DNA from: Candidatus Undinarchaeales archaeon
GTDB lineage: Archaea > SpSt-1190 > JASMDC01
Direction of reading: 5' to 3'
DNA length: 20,519 nucleotides
Assembly: GCA_030753015.1 (NCBI GenBank)
Contig: JASMDC010000054.1
Span: 1-20,519 of the forward strand
Below are positions 15,981-20,519 of the stretch, in pieces; the first letter of the stretch is position 1, and every line of letters begins with the position of its first letter. The translations under genes and the position numbers were made by a program. The notes beneath the pieces were generated by a model. That model worked only from the letters and a program-made list of their open reading frames with translations, was not told where the DNA came from and ran no database searches.

Positions 15981-17036
15981 TCAGTCCTCCATCATCAGGA
16001 GCTTCCCACGGTTCTTGGTGTACATACCATAGGAGACATACTCCTTGTTGTCTATGTAGCTGCGCACCGTCGGTGCGAGATCGCGCTTCGCTTCGATGCC
16101 GTCGAGCACTTCAATGGAGAAGGCGTCGCTTCCGGCACCCGAGCCGAAGCTGGTGACAAGGATGCGGTCGCCGGGCTTGGCGACGTCGAGCACCGCGGCA
16201 AGCCCCAGGATCGAGGCGCCTGAGTAGGTGTTGCCGATCTCGCCCACGAGGATACCGGGCGCGATCTGCTCCTTGGTGAATCCGAGCATCTTGGCCACGT
16301 TCCGGGGGAACTTGCCGTTGGGCTGGTGGAACACCGCATAGTCGAAGTCCTTGGGTCCCACGTCGAGGTCCTCGAACAGGCCCTGGGTGGCGGATACTAT
16401 GTGGTTGAAGTACGCGGGTTTTCCCGTGAACCGGAACCCGTGCCGCGGGTATGGCACGTTCTCCCGGCGCCAGAAGTCGGGAGTGTCGGTGGTGTACGAG
16501 TGGACGCCATGGAACTTGGCGATGGTGTTCTTGTTGACCTTGCCGATGATGAACATTGCGCCACCGGAGGCGGCTGTGTACTCAAGGGGGTCGCCGGGCG
16601 CGCCCTGTGCCGTATCGGCACCGCCGCCCAGACCGTACTCGATCATACCCGAGCCCACCAGGCCGATGCATGTCTGGATCGCGGCCGTACCGGCCTTGCA
16701 CGCGAACTGGTAGTCCGCGGAGGTGAGGTCCGGGGTGGCCCCCACGGCCTCGGCCACGATCGTCCCGCTGGGTTTCACCGCGTACGGATGGGACTCGCTT
16801 CCCACGAACACGGCACCGATGAGCGTCGGGTCGATACCCGCCCGCGCCATCGCGTTCCTTGACGCCTCCACGGAGATGGTGACAGTGTCCTCGTCGGAGT
16901 CGGCGACCGCCTTCTCCTTCACGAGGAGGCCCTTTGAGAGCACATTGGAATCCTGGCCCCACACCGCGGCGATCGAATCTACCGTGATGCGGGAGCGCGG
17001 GATATAGATGCCATAACCTTCGATTCCTACGTTCAA
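15981..17036 (-). CDS. Hydroxymethylglutaryl-CoA synthase (archaeal)
   Basis: [43 protein letters not shown]; TTG start with GAGG SD. Confidence 0.96.
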   Translation of the reverse strand: MNVGIEGYGIYIPRSRITVDSIAAVWGQDSNVLSKGLLVKEKAVADSDEDTVTISVEASRNAMARAGIDPTLIGAVFVGSESHPYAVKPSGTIVAEAVGATPDLTSADYQFACKAGTAAIQTCIGLVGSGMIEYGLGGGADTAQGAPGDPLEYTAASGGAMFIIGKVNKNTIAKFHGVHSYTTDTPDFWRRENVPYPRHGFRFTGKPAYFNHIVSATQGLFEDLDVGPKDFDYAVFHQPNGKFPRNVAKMLGFTKEQIAPGILVGEIGNTYSGASILGLAAVLDVAKPGDRILVTSFGSGAGSDAFSIEVLDGIEAKRDLAPTVRSYIDNKEYVSYGMYTKNRGKLLMMED

Positions 17037-17063
17037 ATCGATCCGCCTCTTGTTGATGATATC

Positions 17064-17222
17064 CTAGACGTTCTCGAGCGACAGGTCGCATATCTGGACC
17101 TTCTCTGCCAAGAACCGCTCCTGGATGGCACACTTCACGTCATCATCGATCCACAGGGCCGCAGTATCGAGGTCCTCGCGTGCGTTTTCGATGTACGCCT
17201 CGATGATGAGCTTAATGGCCAT
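17064..17222 (-). CDS. Small hypothetical protein (52 aa), below the ORF-track cut-off
   Basis: MAIKLIIEAYIENAREDLDTAALWIDDDVKCAIQERFLAEKVQICDLSLENV*. Fills the gap upstream of HMGCS and has an AT-rich promoter-like tract at ~17245-17256. Confidence 0.6.
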   Translation of the reverse strand: MAIKLIIEAYIENAREDLDTAALWIDDDVKCAIQERFLAEKVQICDLSLENV

Positions 17223-17279
17223 GTCTGTGAGGGGAGTACGTTGCTTTTTATCTTTATCCCGTGCTTAAAAGACGGTACC

Positions 17280-17828
17280 ATGGCGTTGAGCGAGTCCCTG
17301 GCCCGGCGGTTACACCCTGACGTGTTCAAGGCATTGGAGCAGTCCAGTTCAAAGGCTGAGGAGCTGGAGACAGAGCTTGCCGCCGCGAAAGAGGAGGGCG
17401 GACGTCTCTCCGAGCGCGTGGCGGACCTGGAGGGACAGGTCGCGACGCTCACGATGGAGATGAACGGCGTCGCAGTCTACGTCTGGCGCTCATCCGACCT
17501 CAACGAGGTGGACCGCATCATCCTCTCCAAGATCCATGCTGCGGGGGGCACGCTCCACACGGGCGAGATCCTGCGCGACATAGCCGCCACCAAGTCACTC
17601 ACTCTGGGGACGCTGGACAAGCTCTTCAGGCTGGGGTTGCTGTCCGAGAAGGAAGAGGACGCCAAGCTCTCGCCCTGGGCCAAGCGCCTCATGGACCTCT
17701 CCGCCGACTACCGCGCAGCCGTGGGCACCGGTGTGGGCGGGAAGGAACAGGACGAGGCCGCTGAGGACGAGGATGGGACGGACGAGAAGCCGGAGGAAGA
17801 ACCGACCATCACCGTTCCCGGCGCCTAG
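17280..17828 (+). CDS. Hypothetical protein: coiled coil + possible wHTH + acidic tail
   Basis: Heptad-rich N-terminus; DRIILSKI...GEILRDI.....TLGTLDKLFRLGLL; D/E-rich C-terminus. Confidence 0.7.
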   Translation: MALSESLARRLHPDVFKALEQSSSKAEELETELAAAKEEGGRLSERVADLEGQVATLTMEMNGVAVYVWRSSDLNEVDRIILSKIHAAGGTLHTGEILRDIAATKSLTLGTLDKLFRLGLLSEKEEDAKLSPWAKRLMDLSADYRAAVGTGVGGKEQDEAAEDEDGTDEKPEEEPTITVPGA

Positions 17829-17840
17829 CACGGCGTCGTT

Positions 17841-18308
17841 CTACCGTCGGCACCGGCCGCTGGAGAAGTACATGTGCTCGCTCTGCTCCGTAAGCTCCTT
17901 CTTCGTGGCCAGGTCGTAGAGGTTACGTGTCTTCTGGAGAGCCGCGATGGCGTCGTTGCTGAAACACTTGCCATCGTCCCAGCCCCACCCACGCATGACA
18001 CAGCAGGCGCACTTCAGGCCCTCGTCCTCGGAGAGCTTGTAGCAGTCACCCCACTTGCTGTACCCGTTGTCGAGGTGCACGTACAGGGTCTTGGGATTGC
18101 CCAGGACGTTCAGGTCCTTCTTCTCGAGGCACCATTCCTGCTGTCCGGAGCGTTCGAGGATCTGGTAGCACTTGTCGCACGAGGTCGATACGTCGAGGCC
18201 CATGCTCTTCACACCCTTGCAGACCTCGTTCTCCACGTTGTGGAGGCAGCCTGCCAAAAGGATGGTGGCGAGCCCCAGGAGCACGAGCAGCATCTTACGT
18301 TCTACCAT
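17841..18308 (-). CDS. Cys-rich putative lipoprotein
   Basis: MVERKMLLVLLGLATILLAGC signal peptide with lipobox LAGC; many Cys in the mature part. Confidence 0.75.
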   Translation of the reverse strand: MVERKMLLVLLGLATILLAGCLHNVENEVCKGVKSMGLDVSTSCDKCYQILERSGQQEWCLEKKDLNVLGNPKTLYVHLDNGYSKWGDCYKLSEDEGLKCACCVMRGWGWDDGKCFSNDAIAALQKTRNLYDLATKKELTEQSEHMYFSSGRCRR

Positions 18309-18432
18309 GTCAGATCCACGTCCGGGCCTTTCATATACTATCTGTACACTGCATTTGAAATAGATTGCCCCTTGTCGAACGTTTCGGCCCACCGCAACCT
18401 TAATATACCCCCTCGCCCGCTCGACCTCTCCA

Positions 18433-19059
18433 ATGCCCGTTATATGTGTCGGTGGAGTCGCCGGCGTTGGCAAGAGCACGATCATCGACGAGGCACGGGA
18501 CCGGCTCGAGGCCGACGGGTACAACGTCTACAGCGTGGGCTCTTTCATGTTCGAGGAGGCGGAGCGAAGGGGACTGGTGGAGGACCGGGACCAGATGCGC
18601 TTTCTGGACGAGGGCGTCCAGGACCAGTTGAAGGACTACGCCGTGGACCAGCTCATCGAACGGTCGGCGGAGGGCGAGAACATCGTGCTCGACTCGCACT
18701 ATGTCATCCCGACGCCCGACGGGTACCTGTCGGGACTGCCTGACGAGGACCTGGAACGTATCGGCGTGGACGCCTACGTGCTCCTGTGCGCGGACCCCCA
18801 AGTGATCTCCGAGCGGCGGGTGAGCGATCCCTCCCGCCAGCGGGACATGGACCCCCTCGACGAGATCGAACGGGACCTGTACAACGAGAGCGAGAAGGCG
18901 CACGAGGTCGCTGCGAAGACCCACGTCCCGCTCTACGTCATCGATACCACGCACGACGATCCGAGCGGGTACGGCGAGCGGTTATCTGCGGTCATCGACG
19001 ACATCGGCGGGCGGACCGGGTACGACGCCGGTGGAACGGACGCCTACGCCCTGTCCTGA
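18433..19059 (+). CDS. adkA: Adenylate kinase, archaeal AdkA type
   Basis: P-loop GGVAGVGKST, DRDQMR, IVLDSHYVIPTPDGYLSGLP, ERRVSDPSRQRD. Confidence 0.8.
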   Translation: MPVICVGGVAGVGKSTIIDEARDRLEADGYNVYSVGSFMFEEAERRGLVEDRDQMRFLDEGVQDQLKDYAVDQLIERSAEGENIVLDSHYVIPTPDGYLSGLPDEDLERIGVDAYVLLCADPQVISERRVSDPSRQRDMDPLDEIERDLYNESEKAHEVAAKTHVPLYVIDTTHDDPSGYGERLSAVIDDIGGRTGYDAGGTDAYALS

Positions 19060-19249
19060 CCGGGCCTACTACCTGACCCCGTCGTTCAACGATATATACC
19101 AAAGGGGGGTGGCTTGCCAGTATCCGAGTTTGCCTCTTACCTATCGGATCTGGTTTCCCTCCGGGAAACAAGGTCTTCATACCACGCCTGAAGGAGGTGG
19201 ATTTTCTAACTCAAACCCTTTATAATATTACCATCGGTCCCTGTGCACC

Positions 19250-20338
19250 ATGGCCCTCTCGCCGCTCTACCGGGCCCTGGCAGAGCTGGTGCGCATCCCC
19301 AGCGTGTCGGGCGATGAGGGGGCGATCGCCGATTATGTCTGTGTCCGGCTCAAGGACGCAGGAGCAGTCTTCGAGCGCGACGCTGACAACAACGTCATCG
19401 CCTTCCTGGGTCCCGATGGGGACGACCCGCTCTGCCTGTGCGGCCACTTGGACACGGTGCCCGCAGGGAAGGGCTGGGACCACGACCCTCTCGAACCGCG
19501 TTTGGCCGACGGCGTGATGACCGGACTGGGTGTCTCGGACATGAAGAGCGGGCTGGCACTGATGCTCGATGCCGTCACTTGGGACCTGGAGGTGCCCGTT
19601 GTGCTGGCCTTCATCACCAACGAGGAGGAGGGGACCCACGAGGGAAGCGACGGCGTCACACCGTTCCTGGCGCGGTACCGGCCGCGGGCCGCCGTTGTGC
19701 TGGAGCCCACCGTCGTGGATGGTCGTCTCCTTGTCGAGGCGGGGTGCCAGGGCGACCTGGTGGCACGGTACGTGTTCGAGGGACGTGCTGCTCATTCGTC
19801 CCGGCCCGAGCTTGGCGACAACGCCATCACCAAGGCCGCCCGGCTCATGGCCGATGTGGAACACCGCGCTAACGGGCTGCGGCCCATTCCCCTGCACTCC
19901 GGGATGACCGTGGATCCCTCGCTCGCGGTGACCATCGTCGACGCCGGCATCCGGTCCAACATAATCCCCGACCGCGCCACGGTGACCGTTAACCGACGCG
20001 TCGCCCCCGTCGAGAACATGGATGCGGTGATGGAGGATCTGGCGGCACTGGGACCGGCCGAGTTCCCAATGGTGTGCCCTGGCTACATCCTGCCCGAGGG
20101 CGATGCCTTCCTCGAAGAGATGCTCGACGTCTGCCGGAGGACGCTGGGGTACGCCCAACCGTACTGCGCCCGTGGGTGGGGCGATGCAGCGGAGTTCACG
20201 GCGGCCGGCATCCCCGCGGTCTCACTGGGGCCGGGCATCCTCCGGGCGTGCCATGAGCCCAACGAGCCCTGTGTGCTCGCCGATCTGGACCGGTGCAAGG
20301 CAGTGCTACAACGGTTGCTCGGCGGGACCGCGCGATAG
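19250..20338 (+). CDS. M20 family metallopeptidase (DapE/ArgE-like)
   Basis: IPSVSGDE, CGHLDTVP, GLGVSDMKSG, NEEEG, GRAAHSS, SNIIPD, CHEPNE. Confidence 0.93.
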   Translation: MALSPLYRALAELVRIPSVSGDEGAIADYVCVRLKDAGAVFERDADNNVIAFLGPDGDDPLCLCGHLDTVPAGKGWDHDPLEPRLADGVMTGLGVSDMKSGLALMLDAVTWDLEVPVVLAFITNEEEGTHEGSDGVTPFLARYRPRAAVVLEPTVVDGRLLVEAGCQGDLVARYVFEGRAAHSSRPELGDNAITKAARLMADVEHRANGLRPIPLHSGMTVDPSLAVTIVDAGIRSNIIPDRATVTVNRRVAPVENMDAVMEDLAALGPAEFPMVCPGYILPEGDAFLEEMLDVCRRTLGYAQPYCARGWGDAAEFTAAGIPAVSLGPGILRACHEPNEPCVLADLDRCKAVLQRLLGGTAR

Positions 20339-20350
20339 TCGCAGACGCTT

Positions 20351-20519
20351 GTGAACTACCCCTCTCCAAGTAGAGGAGCTTCCCGCTTCGACGCTGTTTC
20401 CAGCTCCACGGGCGCATCGGGTGGTCCCCACCCTGAGCGATTCTGAATGTTGATCGTAGCGTTCTTATAAGCATCCATCACCCTGCCCCTGAAAAATCCC
20501 TACTTCAACCGATCAGCCA
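20351..20519 (-). mobile_element. tnpB: Decayed IS200/IS605-family element: tnpB C-terminal remnant and right end
   Basis: Minus frame ADRLK*GFFRGRVMDAYKNATINIQNR...EAPLLGEG* is a degenerate RuvC-III 'D.D.NA..NI' motif. It is followed by the hairpin CTCCTCT-ACTTGG-AGAGGGG and terminal TAGTTCAC, typical of IS605 right ends. Confidence 0.7.

Overview
GC-rich archaeal DNA, judged from a type II GAPDH, the HMG-CoA synthase/thiolase/DUF35 cluster, an AdkA-type kinase and BRE/TATA promoters. The left ~11.3 kb is a variable region. It opens with the N-terminus of a tyrosine recombinase (1-296, minus, runs off the window and is missed by the ORF track) directly downstream of tRNA-Glu(TTC). Upstream of the tRNA is an array of 1-2-gene cassettes, mostly toxin-antitoxin modules (wHTH-MNT/HEPN, RHH-UPF0175/PIN, antitoxin/RelE, a solo antitoxin, a Cas2/VapD-like protein). 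The cassettes are separated by 9-10 degenerate copies of a modular ~200-290 bp repeat. The repeat carries a promoter block, a TACCCC-N5-GGGGTAC palindrome, a TTACTGWA-N6-TTCAGTAA inverted repeat resembling a tyrosine-recombinase core site, and a GC hairpin. GAPDH sits between a left and a right fragment of this repeat. A second cluster of three MNT/HEPN modules (8219-11335) is bracketed by long duplications: a promoter copy and a copy of the 3' end of a CDP-alcohol phosphatidyltransferase gene. The same 18-bp palindrome marks its junctions. Most toxins are broken or lost while antitoxins are intact. The right half is housekeeping: a tightly coupled lipid operon (HMGCS-thiolase-DUF35-CDP-alcohol PT-DUF362/4Fe-4S-PHP-CDP-alcohol PT), hypothetical genes, an adenylate kinase, an M20 peptidase and a decayed IS200/IS605 tnpB end. 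All family calls come from motif recognition, not database searches.
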